The notes beneath the pieces are model-generated. The model saw only the letters and a list, made by a program, of their open reading frames with translations. It searched no databases and was not told where the DNA came from. A program made the translations under genes and the position numbers. A stretch of DNA of 64,000 bases from an uncultured Nitrososphaerota archaeon (lineage in GTDB: Archaea; Thermoproteota; EX4484-205; JAAOZP01): NCBI GenBank assembly GCA_964416155.1, contig CAYQCW010000006.1:53645-117644 (forward strand), written 5' to 3'. Numbering within the stretch: the first letter of the stretch is position 1; each line of letters begins with the position of its first letter. Shown piece by piece: positions 28,773-38,936 of the stretch.

Positions 28773-29207
28773 TTAAACTTCCAGCTCCGTTAAAGCATTT
28801 TTCATTCCGTTTACCACGAATTTTGCGTCGTCAACTATTTCCCCGGCTTTATCACGCGTATAGTATTCCATTGGAGTAAGCCATTTTCCACCCACCTTAA
28901 GGGGGTAGCGAGCATATACAACCTCCCTCTGGATACTGCTTCCCTTCTCTATCAGCCGGGCATATTTTTCCTCTCTAAGCAGTTCAGGCTTCACCCTTCT
29001 GAGGACAGCTGCTAAACCGCTGATCGCCCTATGGTTCTTCGCCTCGTTCCCCCCGAGCTTGACGATCAGCGCGTTCGCCGCGCTTTCAACAGCCAGGGAA
29101 GCGTGGAAAACAGCGGAGTCGTATTCGCCTGTTTCAAAGCGTTTCTCAGCCCTGGCAAGATTCACCTCTGAAATCCTCATTAAAACCTCTATTTTGCTTT
29201 CAACCAT
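28773..29207 (-). CDS. HEPN domain protein
   Basis: AEKRFETGEYDSAVFHASLAVE, KNH, ARYP. Confidence 0.85.
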   Translation of the reverse strand: MVESKIEVLMRISEVNLARAEKRFETGEYDSAVFHASLAVESAANALIVKLGGNEAKNHRAISGLAAVLRRVKPELLREEKYARLIEKGSSIQREVVYARYPLKVGGKWLTPMEYYTRDKAGEIVDDAKFVVNGMKNALTELEV

Positions 29208-29821
29208 ATTCCCGCCTCCTCCAAGTACTCGTGGCTACGCCTAATCTCCTCCACTCTTTCTCTCAATATCCTCGATAGCCTGCCCGTCTTGTCAACCAGG
29301 ATCTCGAAGCCTTCTGCGACACCGTAAATTATACCGCCTTCCTGCGAGTAGACATTGCCCAGAAAATCCTGCTCCGTAAAAATTAAGGGTTCAACCGTTA
29401 TGTGATGCTTCATCTCGAGCTTTGAAATCTCCACCATGATTCTCGCCTTAGCCTTTTCCAGCGGCTTACTTACAACGATCATCATGTCTAAATCGCTGAG
29501 ATCACCAGCCTTTTTTTGAGCCGCGCTTCCGAAAAGAACGATCATCCTTACCGAGGAGAATTTTCTAAGCTTCTCCGCCATCCGCTTAGCTTGAAAAACC
29601 ATGTATAGGCTTAGCTCGAAGGAGGAGGCATCCGGGTTCCCCTCTAAACTATACCATTTACCGATTTTCCGGATGATTCCTCTGCTTCCCAGTTCTCTGA
29701 GCTTAATGCTTAACCATCTGTCGCTGAGGCCTGTTTCAAACCTCAGCTCCTCATACGTGTGCTTCCCGTGCTTTAATGTTAAAACTATTTTCCCCTCAGG
29801 GGTTAGAGAAACTGTTTCCAT
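29189..29821 (-). CDS. wHTH plus minimal nucleotidyltransferase (MNT) antitoxin
   Basis: YEELRFETGLSDRWLSIKLREL; LFGSAAQ..SDLDMM; overlaps the HEPN gene. Confidence 0.85.
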   Translation of the reverse strand: METVSLTPEGKIVLTLKHGKHTYEELRFETGLSDRWLSIKLRELGSRGIIRKIGKWYSLEGNPDASSFELSLYMVFQAKRMAEKLRKFSSVRMIVLFGSAAQKKAGDLSDLDMMIVVSKPLEKAKARIMVEISKLEMKHHITVEPLIFTEQDFLGNVYSQEGGIIYGVAEGFEILVDKTGRLSRILRERVEEIRRSHEYLEEAGIWLKAK

Positions 29822-29854
29822 TTCTTTGCTGAGTATATACGCTTATGCTTAAAA

Positions 29855-29871
29855 ACTTTACTTAGTAAAGT
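29855..29871. promoter_or_regulatory. 17-bp palindrome, candidate autoregulatory operator of wHTH-MNT/HEPN
   Basis: actttac-t-t-a-gtaaagt (8-bp arms around a central base), 34 bp upstream of the start. Confidence 0.55.
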
Positions 29872-30155
29872 AAATAATTAAGGCGCTGGAAGACTTTTAC
29901 CTACTTCAGCCTTAAAACGCTTCTTTCAAGGATAGTAAGCATGCAGGGTGGATACTTGCCGGAGGATTATGCTGAAAACCCTTATCTTGAACTTTTACAC
30001 TCCTTATTTAGAATGGTGAGGCTTGTCTGGAGGAGCCTGCTTTCACCACTATTCTTTTAGCGTGCGCTTCAGGAGGCTAAACGTTTTAGTATTTAAACAT
30101 TCTATAAGTTTTAAAGAGTGCGCGAGGCTTTGAGAGGCTGGGAAACCGAAGGGAT

Positions 30156-30590
30156 TCACCGTGCATCATTCTTGGGCTCGATTCTTTTGATTTCCTTAAG
30201 CTTGTCGAAGTCTTCGTCGTAGCTTACTACGGTTGTTATCTTGTTTTCCAAGGCTATTGCAGCATGCAGAGCTTCTCTGGGCTTGAGCCCGTACTCCTCC
30301 ATGAGATCCTGTGCCTTTAAGGTTGTTGTCCTTTTCACCGGTAGAATTCTCAGGTTTGGGAAACTCAGGAGTTTTCTTCCCTGGTTTATGGAGATGCTGG
30401 TTCCCAAGGTTTTTCGAACAACCCATGCAACCTCGTCCCAAGTGACGGGAGAGGCGTAGGCCTCGATTTTCCCCAGCGCTATTTCCCGCAGGAAGTTTTT
30501 AGCGTGTGCTGCTTCTCGAACTGATGCTGGATCATAAATTATCGGGTATATGAAGATGTTGGAGTCAACGTAGGACAAGCCTCTCCTCAA
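30156..30590 (-). CDS. vapC: PIN-domain toxin (VapC)
   Basis: YVDSNIFIY, TWDEV, LKPREALHAA, SYDEDFD. Confidence 0.9.
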   Translation of the reverse strand: MRRGLSYVDSNIFIYPIIYDPASVREAAHAKNFLREIALGKIEAYASPVTWDEVAWVVRKTLGTSISINQGRKLLSFPNLRILPVKRTTTLKAQDLMEEYGLKPREALHAAIALENKITTVVSYDEDFDKLKEIKRIEPKNDAR

Positions 30591-30819
30591 CCTCTTCCTC
30601 CAGAATCTTCTTCAAGTCTATTTTCCGGGCTAGCTTCTTTTTTCCGGTGGAGCAGAAGTCGTCGACGAATTTTTCCGGATCCAGCTCAGGCTTCATAAGC
30701 AGCTCCTTTTCCCTAACCTCCATGACAATTTCATCCCCGGGCTGAATCCCTAAGGCCTCCCTGACGATCTTAGGTATGACGATCTGTCCTTTAGGCCCGA
30801 TTCTCCTCCTTATCCTCAT
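30565..30819 (-). CDS. AbrB/MazE/SpoVT-family antitoxin
   Basis: IGPKGQIVIPKIVREALGIQPGD; ATG at 30819 preceded by palindrome taccgttcggta (30823-30834). Confidence 0.9.
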   Translation of the reverse strand: MRIRRRIGPKGQIVIPKIVREALGIQPGDEIVMEVREKELLMKPELDPEKFVDDFCSTGKKKLARKIDLKKILEEEVEERLVLR

Positions 30820-31130
30820 TCTTACCGTTCGGTATGAAAATGTCAAACTTATTATTTAAACTTTTTCTTACACCGAGTTTTCTCCGCCTACTAAGACCGC
30901 CGGTGCAGGGCGGCGCGAAATAGGGTTCCTGAGGAAAGGAGAAAGGAATCATGGCATAAGCCATGAAAACTTCTTGTCAAGCATCTCTTGAACGCGAGCT
31001 CAACCCGCTCAGGGTTACGCGAGGCGCATGCTTCTCCCTTTCCGGAGAAAAGCGGCAAAATGGGTCATGCGCTACGCATAACTCTTTACTTGAATATTTT
31101 TGGAAGCTCTAAGAATTCTTTTAATCGTGA

Positions 31131-32009
31131 CTAATGCTTGTTGTTTTTCATTTCTTGCAGGGCTTGGTCTAGGCTTAATGGTTTCGCGTTAAGCATGTTT
31201 AATGCTTTGCTCACGTTGAGCGAGGAATCTCTAGGCCTCTTGGCTTTCCACGGAATATCGCTCATCGTAGCCGGCTTGACCAGTTCCTTCTTCAGATCGA
31301 ATGCTTCGGCTAGCTTCAGAGCGTGCTCGTGTCTGCTGACCCTCGTGGCGCCGGCGGTGTGCACTACTCCGGTTATTTTTCTCTCCGCGATCTCCAGGAG
31401 CATCTCCGCCAGGTTGGTGTTGAGCGTCGGGGACACGTACTGGTCTGTAAGAGCCTTAACCTCTCTTCCCTGTTTTAAACTGTTAATCACCCATGTGGCG
31501 AAGTTAGGCTTCCCAGTCGGGCTCCAGCCGTAGACGACGCTTGTCCTAGCGATGCACCATTCCATAGCATATTTTTTGACGTACTCCTCCCCCTTCAGCT
31601 TCGTGAAACCGTAATAGTTAACAGGGTTAGTCTGCTCCTCCTCAACGTATAGGCCTTTCTCACCGTCGAAAACATAGTCTGTTGAAACGTAAACCATGTG
31701 TGAACCGTTTTCGGCTGACGCTTCCGCAATGCTTCTCGTCGCCTCCGCGTTCACCCTCCAAGCCAGATCCCTGTTGGCCTCGCAGCCGTCAACATCAGTG
31801 TAGGCTGCAGTATGGATTATTGCGTGCGGCTTGACCTCGGATACGGTCTTCAACAGCTTCTCCCTATCGGTTATGTCAAGCATAAGTGGCACACCTGTTT
31901 CAACAGCATGCTGCCTGTATAGGCAGTAGGCCTCGTGGCCTTTTTTCAACGCTAGCTCGGCGACTTTATGGCCGACCAGCCCGCTTGCCCCGGTTACCAG
32001 TATTTTCAA
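31131..32009 (-). CDS. rfbD: dTDP-4-dehydrorhamnose reductase
   Basis: TGASGLVG, AAYTDVDGCE, STDYVFDG, YGFTK, RP.DSSL. Confidence 0.95.
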   Translation of the reverse strand: MKILVTGASGLVGHKVAELALKKGHEAYCLYRQHAVETGVPLMLDITDREKLLKTVSEVKPHAIIHTAAYTDVDGCEANRDLAWRVNAEATRSIAEASAENGSHMVYVSTDYVFDGEKGLYVEEEQTNPVNYYGFTKLKGEEYVKKYAMEWCIARTSVVYGWSPTGKPNFATWVINSLKQGREVKALTDQYVSPTLNTNLAEMLLEIAERKITGVVHTAGATRVSRHEHALKLAEAFDLKKELVKPATMSDIPWKAKRPRDSSLNVSKALNMLNAKPLSLDQALQEMKNNKH

Positions 32010-32012
32010 AAC

Positions 32013-33014
32013 TCACCACTTGAGCCTCCAGGGTGTCGGGTGGAGAACCTGCTCACCCGCCAGAGGCCTCCACCACCACTCGTTACCCAAATACCATTCT
32101 ACAGTGTTCTTCAAAGCCTCCGTAAAGCTGTGTCTCGGCCTCCAATCCAGCTCGCTCCTGATTTTCGAGGAGTCGAGGCTGTAACGTACGTCGTGGCCCG
32201 GCCTGTCCTCTACAAACTCCACCAGGTTTCTAGGCTTACCCATGAGCTCCAGAATCCTGTCTACAACCTGAAGGTTTGAAAGCTCGTTTCCGCTTGAAAC
32301 ATTGTAAACCTCGCCTTTTCTCCCTTTTCTCAAAACCGTGTCTAATGCTTCGCAATGGTCTAGGACGTAGATCCAGTCTCTCATGTTCCTCCCAGTCCCG
32401 TATACTGGGATCTTCAGGTTCAGCATCGCCCTGACTATCGTCTTAGGAACTAGTTTCTCGGGAAACTGGTAGGGCCCGAAATTGTTCGTGCAACGTGTGA
32501 CGCACACGTTCAGCCCGTAGGTTCTATGGTATGCTAGGCAGAAAAGGTCTGCTGAGGCTTTTGAAGCAGCGTAGGGGCTTGAGGGCTTAAGCCTGTCCTC
32601 CTCCTTGAAAGAGCCTTCGAGAATATCGCCGTAGCTCTCGTCGGTGCCGACTTGAACAAGCCTAATGTCCATACTGCTCCTCCTGATGGCTTCAAGAATA
32701 ACTAGGACGCCTTCAGTGTTGCTCCTGAAGAAGGGCCAGGGGTCGGCTATGCTACGGTCAACATGGCTCTCAGCTGCGAAGTTGACAATGGCATCAGCAT
32801 TCTTCACGAGCCCGCTCATAAGACTCGGGTCGCCTATGCTTCCCCTTACAAACCTGTACCGCTTATCAGTCTCAAGATCCTTCAGGCTGCTCAGGCTAGA
32901 CCCGTAGGACAGGCTGTCAACGTTAACAATCTCAACATCCCCATGCGTTTTCAACACGTGCCTGATGAAGCTGCTCCCTATGAACCCGCAGCCGCCAGTA
33001 ACCAGGAGGCGCAT
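32013..33014 (-). CDS. rfbB: dTDP-glucose 4,6-dehydratase
   Basis: TGGCGFIG, FAAESHVDRSI, TDE.YG, PYAASK, NNFGPYQFPEK, DRPGHD.RY; ATG at 33014. Confidence 0.95.
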   Translation of the reverse strand: MRLLVTGGCGFIGSSFIRHVLKTHGDVEIVNVDSLSYGSSLSSLKDLETDKRYRFVRGSIGDPSLMSGLVKNADAIVNFAAESHVDRSIADPWPFFRSNTEGVLVILEAIRRSSMDIRLVQVGTDESYGDILEGSFKEEDRLKPSSPYAASKASADLFCLAYHRTYGLNVCVTRCTNNFGPYQFPEKLVPKTIVRAMLNLKIPVYGTGRNMRDWIYVLDHCEALDTVLRKGRKGEVYNVSSGNELSNLQVVDRILELMGKPRNLVEFVEDRPGHDVRYSLDSSKIRSELDWRPRHSFTEALKNTVEWYLGNEWWWRPLAGEQVLHPTPWRLKW

Positions 33015-33018
33015 GCTC

Positions 33019-33549
33019 TCACCTGTGGGGAGGGTAGAACCAGTCCCAAGGCTTGTTGCATCGTGGATCATCAGCCCTGCCGTTTATCTTCCTGGGAACT
33101 ATCTGAGGATCGTTCCAGGGCCTCCTGACTTCGTCAGGCTTCTCGTAATCGTAAAGCCTGTTCACGAAGTAAACCAGGTAGGCTGGCTCAGGGCTAACAA
33201 CCTTGAAGCCGTGCCAGTAGTGACCCGGAACCCTCAGGACCTGCAGCACTTCTTCTGAAAGCACTGTTTCAAGAAGGTGGGCTTCCTCCTCATCGTAGAC
33301 ACAGGCTTTGACGGAGCCTCTCGCCACTAGGAAATAGTCCGTCTGCCCCCTCTCATGCTTATGCCAAGCCCTTACGATGCCGGGGTACGTCACCGAGAGG
33401 TTCGCCTGCAGAATAGATTCCTCCCCCAGAAGGTTCCCCCAGTCTGAACGCATGATTTCAGCGAATACTCCGCGTTCATCAGGATGCCTAGCCAGGTTGA
33501 GAAGCCTTACACCCGAGAGGGGGAGCTCCCTAGCCTTATCCTGCGGCAT
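33019..33549 (-). CDS. rfbC: dTDP-4-dehydrorhamnose 3,5-epimerase
   Basis: DERGVFAE, Q.NLS, RAWHKH, PGHYWHGF, WNDP; ATG at 33549. Confidence 0.92.
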   Translation of the reverse strand: MPQDKARELPLSGVRLLNLARHPDERGVFAEIMRSDWGNLLGEESILQANLSVTYPGIVRAWHKHERGQTDYFLVARGSVKACVYDEEEAHLLETVLSEEVLQVLRVPGHYWHGFKVVSPEPAYLVYFVNRLYDYEKPDEVRRPWNDPQIVPRKINGRADDPRCNKPWDWFYPPHR

Positions 33550-33580
33550 GTTTAACCCATAGGCATGCAGGGTAATAAGC

Positions 33581-34642
33581 CTATAGTTCCACCTCGGAAT
33601 AGTCCCCAACGTGGAGTCTTACAGCGTTCCTAGCCCTGTTTTTAACAAGCCTCGCGTTCCTTCCGACGAGGCTCTCCTCAAGCCTGTCAACGTGCTCAAT
33701 GCACGCCCCTTCTAAAACGATGGAATACTCTATCGAACTGTTGAAAACCTTAGCATTGTCACCTATGCTTGTGTAGGGGCCGATGAAAGAATCCTGGATT
33801 AGACAGTTACCCCCGATTACCACTGGGCCCCTTATAGTGCTGTTGACGATCTTGCTTCCCTCGCCCACGGAAACTCTGCCGTCAGCCTTCGAGCCGACCA
33901 GTTCACCCTTAATCTCCTTGGTGCCAAACTCGTCGAGTAAAAGCAAGTTGGCATAAAGGAGATCATCCTTCTTCCCGGTGTCGAGCCACCACCCGTCTAC
34001 AATACTGTGGCCAACGCTGAAACCCTTCTCAAGCATTGTTTGAACAGCGTCAGTAATCTCAAACTCACCCCTCCAGCTAGGCTTCAAACCCTTAATGACC
34101 TCGAAGACAACAGGCTTAAAGAAGTACACGCCGACCAATGCAAACCTGCTGGGTGGAACCCTGGGCTTCTCCACAAGCCTCATGAGACCACCCTTCTCAT
34201 CGAACTCCGCGACGCCGAACCTTGAGGGGTCGTCAACCGCCTTCAGCAGAACCATGCAGTCGTAATCGTTCACCAGAAACTTTTCAAAATAGCTTTTCAC
34301 ACCGTTCTGCAGAAGATTATCCCCCAGGTAAACTATGAAACTATCATCCTGAACGAAATCCCTGCACAAGTATACTGCGTGAGCAATACCCAGGGGCTTA
34401 CCCTGGTGAACATATGATATCTTCACGCCGAGCCTGCTTCCATCGCCATAATGCTGCATAACAAGCTCAGGAAAAGTCTCGCCTAGAACAATCGCCACGT
34501 CGACAACACCAATACTCCTCAAATCCTCCAGCACATACTGGCTAATAGGCTTATTAGCAACAGGAATAAGCTGCTTAGGACCGCTGAAAGTCAGGGGGCG
34601 AAGCCGGGTGCCAGCACCGCCATGCAAAACAACACCCTTCAT
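33581..34642 (-). CDS. rfbA: Glucose-1-phosphate thymidylyltransferase (long form with left-handed beta-helix)
   Basis: HGGAGTRLRPLT..PKQL, YLGDN, VEKP, SWRGEFEITD, WWLDTG. Confidence 0.95.
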   Translation of the reverse strand: MKGVVLHGGAGTRLRPLTFSGPKQLIPVANKPISQYVLEDLRSIGVVDVAIVLGETFPELVMQHYGDGSRLGVKISYVHQGKPLGIAHAVYLCRDFVQDDSFIVYLGDNLLQNGVKSYFEKFLVNDYDCMVLLKAVDDPSRFGVAEFDEKGGLMRLVEKPRVPPSRFALVGVYFFKPVVFEVIKGLKPSWRGEFEITDAVQTMLEKGFSVGHSIVDGWWLDTGKKDDLLYANLLLLDEFGTKEIKGELVGSKADGRVSVGEGSKIVNSTIRGPVVIGGNCLIQDSFIGPYTSIGDNAKVFNSSIEYSIVLEGACIEHVDRLEESLVGRNARLVKNRARNAVRLHVGDYSEVEL

Positions 34643-34801
34643 GACAAGATTTTCCAATATTCCTTCTTAAAAGTCTTTAAAAAAACAACTACCTTGAAGA
34701 AATATATTCCGATACAATACCGTAAACTGAAACAGCGTTAAGCAAGCGCTAAAGAAAAAGAATAGAAGCGCACACTAAAAAGCGGCGCTAACCCTCCCTC
34801 T

Positions 34802-35632
34802 TCACCCCCCACCCTCTTCAGGCTTCTCGCCGAGCATCCTCTCCAACTCCCTCTTAGTCTCCTCCTGCAGCCTCTTAATCCCCTCAATCTTCTCCCTAAC
34901 CTTCACCAGCCAATCCTTACTAGCCTCAATACCCTTGTGAGCAAAAAACGCAATACCCTCATTCCTACTCTTGAAAACACCCGCCTCAACAAGAGCATCA
35001 ATCAAATCCAGGTCCACGCGAGGAAGCCTGACGGAAGAAACAATCATCGACGCCCCGCTGAAAGCTTTAGAAAGAGACTCCTCAAGAAGCCTACCAATAT
35101 CAGGAATCTTAACCTCAGGAACCCTGGCTACAGCAACCCTAGGAGCCTCAGGAACCCCAAACCCCACAGCATAAACCTCCCTCTTAACACCCCGCTTCAA
35201 CTCCCTAATCCTATCTCTAATCTCATCCTCAACATCCTCAACCCTATCCAGAAACTCCTCCAACCTGTCCTCAGCCTCCTCCAACCGGTCCTCGAAAAAC
35301 TCCTTAAGATCGTCGAAAGAATCTTTCAACTCCCTACGCAAAGCAGGATCACCCTCAGAAGCAGCCCTCAACCTCTCCCTCAACCCCCTCAACTCCCTAA
35401 ACAGCTCACCCCTAGCCTTCAACAACTCATCCTTAACCTCAAACTTCAAACCCTTAACCTCCTTCAACAACTCCCAAAGCACCCCAGAATCCTCCGAACC
35501 AGTCTTACCCCTAATCTCAGACAGCCTTGAAGAATGCGTCCTAACAAGATCCAAAACCCTACCAACAGCCTCCTCAACCTCACGCCGCAACCGCTCAAAC
35601 TCAGCCTCAAACCCAGACATTTTTCCCATCAC
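34802..35632 (-). CDS. Long coiled-coil protein with C-terminal RHH DNA-binding domain
   Basis: E/R/L/K-rich heptads; SSVRLPRVDLDLIDALVEAGVFKSRNEGIAFF. Confidence 0.75.
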   Translation of the reverse strand: MMGKMSGFEAEFERLRREVEEAVGRVLDLVRTHSSRLSEIRGKTGSEDSGVLWELLKEVKGLKFEVKDELLKARGELFRELRGLRERLRAASEGDPALRRELKDSFDDLKEFFEDRLEEAEDRLEEFLDRVEDVEDEIRDRIRELKRGVKREVYAVGFGVPEAPRVAVARVPEVKIPDIGRLLEESLSKAFSGASMIVSSVRLPRVDLDLIDALVEAGVFKSRNEGIAFFAHKGIEASKDWLVKVREKIEGIKRLQEETKRELERMLGEKPEEGGG

Positions 35633-35729
35633 CCTCCCATGTATTTTTATATCACCACATTATATGTAATAATACACTACAATTTAAACTTTTCGGTTGT
35701 AGTTTTCGAGCAGCACGCACTTCCCCCCA

Positions 35730-37144
35730 CGGGGAAGACTAGTCCCCCTTCTTGGCTTCCTTCTGGAGCCTCTTTATCTCGTCAATCTTGGACACGTTTC
35801 ATCCATTCCGCGCTTGCCACTATGCCCTTGTGGGTGAAGAAGGCGATTCCCTCGCTCCTGTTCTCGAATAAGCCTGCCTCGACGAGAGCGTCGATCAAAT
35901 CCAGGTCTGCCCTGGAAAGTGTGACGGATGGGACGGTCAGGTGTGCTCATCCAATCGATTGAAAGAGTCTTCCCAATAAGCTTCCCAATGTCAGGTAGCT
36001 TGATCTTAGGCGGACACACTTGGTTTGAACCGGTTGAGGCGAATAGCTCCAGGTACTCGTCTCTGAGAAACTCTATCTCCTTCAAGGGTATTGGCTCCAG
36101 CCTATCCTCCTCGTTTACGACCAGTTTTACTCCTCCTACTGGGCGTGCTCTTGGGCTTTGATCCGGCGACTTTCTTTCGAAAACCATTTCTCCAACAAGC
36201 TTAACATTATAGCCGTCTAGGTTGTAGAACGGGTAGAGCGGTTCAATCCTTCCCTGTTTCTTCTCCATCACATCCTCGTAGTATATGCTGTTGATGATTC
36301 TATCTTTGAGATGCTCCTCGTATTCTTTCTCCTTCTCAGGAATTCCCAGCGGCCACGCGCAGAGCTCAGCCATGTTTCCCAGTAGGCTGGTGTGTGGTGG
36401 AAACCTTCTCGTCGACTCGTAGAACCTCCTCCTCTCCTCGCTGGGCAGCCATGCTCTGAACCTCATCCTGTATTCCACAAGAGCCCTAATTCTCCTCATC
36501 GTCGCCCCAACAACCTCTTCATCACTCATCTCCGAGATGGGGAAGGATAGGAAAATAGAGAACCTTACACCTGTAGGAATCCGGGCGTCGTCCCACACTA
36601 GCTCTGAGGAAGGTACGTTGTATTTCGCCAGCGACTCGTTCAAAAGCCTAAGAAAGACCTCGATGTCTTTTATCGCTGCAGGCATTATTCTCGCAGCCTT
36701 AATCTTGTTTGGTCTTATGCTAAACTCTAGGCCTGGCAATGTAGTGTAGAGATGATAATATCGCTTCACCATGAAGTCCCAATCAAACTCACGCGACGAG
36801 CAGATTTCGATGTGTTCTGAAATCTTGACATAATTTATGTAGACGGGGGTTTTTATCGATCAGTCCTTATCCCAATCTATCTCTCCTTCCCAGCCGTAGT
36901 AATCAGTTAAGTCTGCTGTCGTAAACATTATTCCGAGCAGGCCTTCTTTAAGATACTCCCACTCATCGTAGACCGGAAACTTTGAATCAACCTTATCCTT
37001 TTCCCATTCGAGGAAAGACCTTGTAAGAAAGCTGTGTTTCTCAGGCTCCCGCATGAAGGCTGTTCGAAAAGCAACGCCACTATCCTCCTCCAGCAGCGGC
37101 TTAAGCCTCCTTGCTAATCTTTCACTTCTCTCTTCTAACGACAT
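35730..37144 (-). pseudogene. Disrupted gene: unknown N-terminal domain plus the same RHH/coiled-coil tail as 34802..35632
   Basis: ORFs 36860..37144 and 35774..36772 are in frame across one TGA; two frameshifts near 35940 and 35790 hide DLDLIDALVEAGLFENRSEGIAFFTHKGI and KIDEIKRLQKE. Confidence 0.75.
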
Positions 37145-37394
37145 TCCCGCTCTCCCAATCTATACCTACTTCCGCATATTTAATCTCAACTCCCTTGTCA
37201 ATTATTCTAACAGCTATGAGATAACTGTCTTTGTAGAACCATCTATATCAAGAGTTGGGCGTGGTTCCGTTAGTTGCATTATAGTGTCTTTTACTCTTTT
37301 TTCTAAGGTAATTGCAGCACGCTTCACTCAACCAGTGGTAAAGAATGCTTCACAAGCGTAGTTCTTCCTTAAAACAGGTTAGCGTGTGCTACGC

Positions 37395-37530
37395 TACCCT
37401 TTTCTCAAGAAGATTCTGGCGAAGTTTAAGAAGTATTCGGCGGCGGTTAAAGATTCGTCTGGAATACGGCTTTCAACAACGTTCCACTCAGCCCCCTGGT
37501 GAAAGTGTTTAGGAAAGGTTTCGACGCGCC
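37395..37530 (-). repeat. 136-bp inverted copy of the 3' end of the DUF6516-like gene (28452-28587)
   Basis: Reverse complement matches 28452-28587 with no mismatch that I could see. Confidence 0.93.
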
Positions 37531-37940
37531 TAATCTCCAATCCAAACGATTTCTGGTCTACTCTTGAAATGCTCGTCGCCAGTTATGAGACTAGCGTCGA
37601 GAACCTCTGCCACAGCCAAGACTATCGCGTCGAAAAGACCAGGCTCCTTCAACCCGGTTTCCCTAGCCTTCTTCCTAAGCTCGTAATCCAGCTCTGCAGC
37701 CCTCACCGCTATATTCTTATCCACCGGAACGATTCTCGACAGCTCGAAAATCTTGGAGAGCCTTGCCTCAACAGCATTGGCTTCAACGCGTTCCCTGCGG
37801 TATTTCCTGGCAAGCTCTGCGAGAACGATGTCCGGGGTATATATCTCATCGGCTCCGCTAAACTTCTCCATCACCCTTCTCCCCTTCTGGCTGCCGATGA
37901 AGAGTTCAACCCAAGCATAGGAGTCAGCCACGATCCTCAC
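37530..37940 (-). CDS. vapC: PIN-domain toxin (VapC)
   Basis: IVADSYAWVE, LAEL, GLFDAIVLA, ITGDEHF. Confidence 0.9.
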   Translation of the reverse strand: MRIVADSYAWVELFIGSQKGRRVMEKFSGADEIYTPDIVLAELARKYRRERVEANAVEARLSKIFELSRIVPVDKNIAVRAAELDYELRKKARETGLKEPGLFDAIVLAVAEVLDASLITGDEHFKSRPEIVWIGD

Positions 37941-38124
37941 CGCGGTCTTCCTCCGTAAACGGGTTTATCCTACCCCTATCTAGCCCGAAAACCTCTTCGA
38001 GCAGCTTCTGACGCCTTTCCCTCAGGAACCTTCTTATTACTTCCTCCACGCTCCTAGCTCCCATCGCTTCTCTTAAAGCCTCTAACTCCGCCAGCGTCGA
38101 ACGGGAGATTTTTATAGTACTCAT
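37924..38124 (-). CDS. VapB-like (RHH) antitoxin
   Basis: MSTIKISRSTLAEL..SVEEVIRR..FTEEDR; overlaps the PIN start; direct repeat tttccacttta at 38124-38134 and 38138-38148. Confidence 0.8.
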   Translation of the reverse strand: MSTIKISRSTLAELEALREAMGARSVEEVIRRFLRERRQKLLEEVFGLDRGRINPFTEEDRGEDRG

Positions 38125-38645
38125 TTCCACTTTATACTTTCCACTTTACACCTTATAAATGTTTAGTCAAAAATCCTCAATAACGAGAGGAAATACGCTA
38201 AAAAGCGATTGTTCCTATAAGGTTTAGCTCAAAAAACAGCCTTTCAGCGGGGCAAAAGCGCGCGCTAATCAAGGAACGTCAGGCTGAGCCGAGGAACTGC
38301 TTATCAGTTAGCACACGCCGAAAAACCACGAGAATGGTTTAACCTTCTTCTCGGGGAAGAGGAAGACCATGAAGATGCTGAGACCTAGCGCCGCGTAAAT
38401 ACCGCTATTGCTCAGGAGGCTGGGAAGAGCTGGCAGAAGCGCGAAGCTCAGGATAAACTGGAGGGTTTCGAGGCCCTAAACCCTTATTAACATGAGGCTT
38501 AAAACCTTGCTTTAATAAAACTGAAGAACGCTTTTCAGCGTACAACTGGGAAAACTGGTCGTCGCCGCGTATCGCCGTAGCAGTTATGAATTCCTAAAGG
38601 GGAAAGATATAAAGGGCTTTGTTCCCTTGTTAACTTGGATAAGAA

Positions 38646-38936
38646 ATGGGCGGCATCAAAGTCTACATATCAGACGGGTTGGAAAAAAGGTTTAGGGAAA
38701 TGGCTATGAGGCTCTACGGGTACGGCAGGGGCTCGTTGAGCATAGCCTCAGAAAAAGCGTTTACAGCCTGGCTCTCTCAAGTTTCAGAAGTCCTAGATAC
38801 TGCAGAATCCATAGAGGATCCTGTGGAAGCCATATACGGCATGCTCTCCCACGTTAAGAAGACCGGGGTTGAACTCCAGCATGAGGCGCGTGAAGCCAGA
38901 GCGAGAAAAACCCTTGAGCACAGAACTTCTGCTTGA
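38646..38936 (+). CDS. RHH-like antitoxin
   Basis: KVYISDGLEKRFREMAMRLYGY.RGSLS, GVELQH; paralog of 24519..24749. Confidence 0.8.
   Translation: MGGIKVYISDGLEKRFREMAMRLYGYGRGSLSIASEKAFTAWLSQVSEVLDTAESIEDPVEAIYGMLSHVKKTGVELQHEAREARARKTLEHRTSA

Noticed and set aside
29954-29969. 16-bp match (acttgccggaggatta) to the PaREP1 fragment at 39592-39607
   Set aside because: Possibly another PaREP1 scrap, but too short to support a feature.
34937-35962. Plus-strand ORFs of 197 and 142 aa
   Set aside because: Antisense shadows of the skewed coiled-coil gene and its paralog; P/L/N-rich with no motifs.
36860-36862. Selenocysteine readthrough of the in-frame TGA
   Set aside because: No redox motif context, no SECIS recognised, and the same gene has two frameshifts; a nonsense mutation such as TGG to TGA is simpler.
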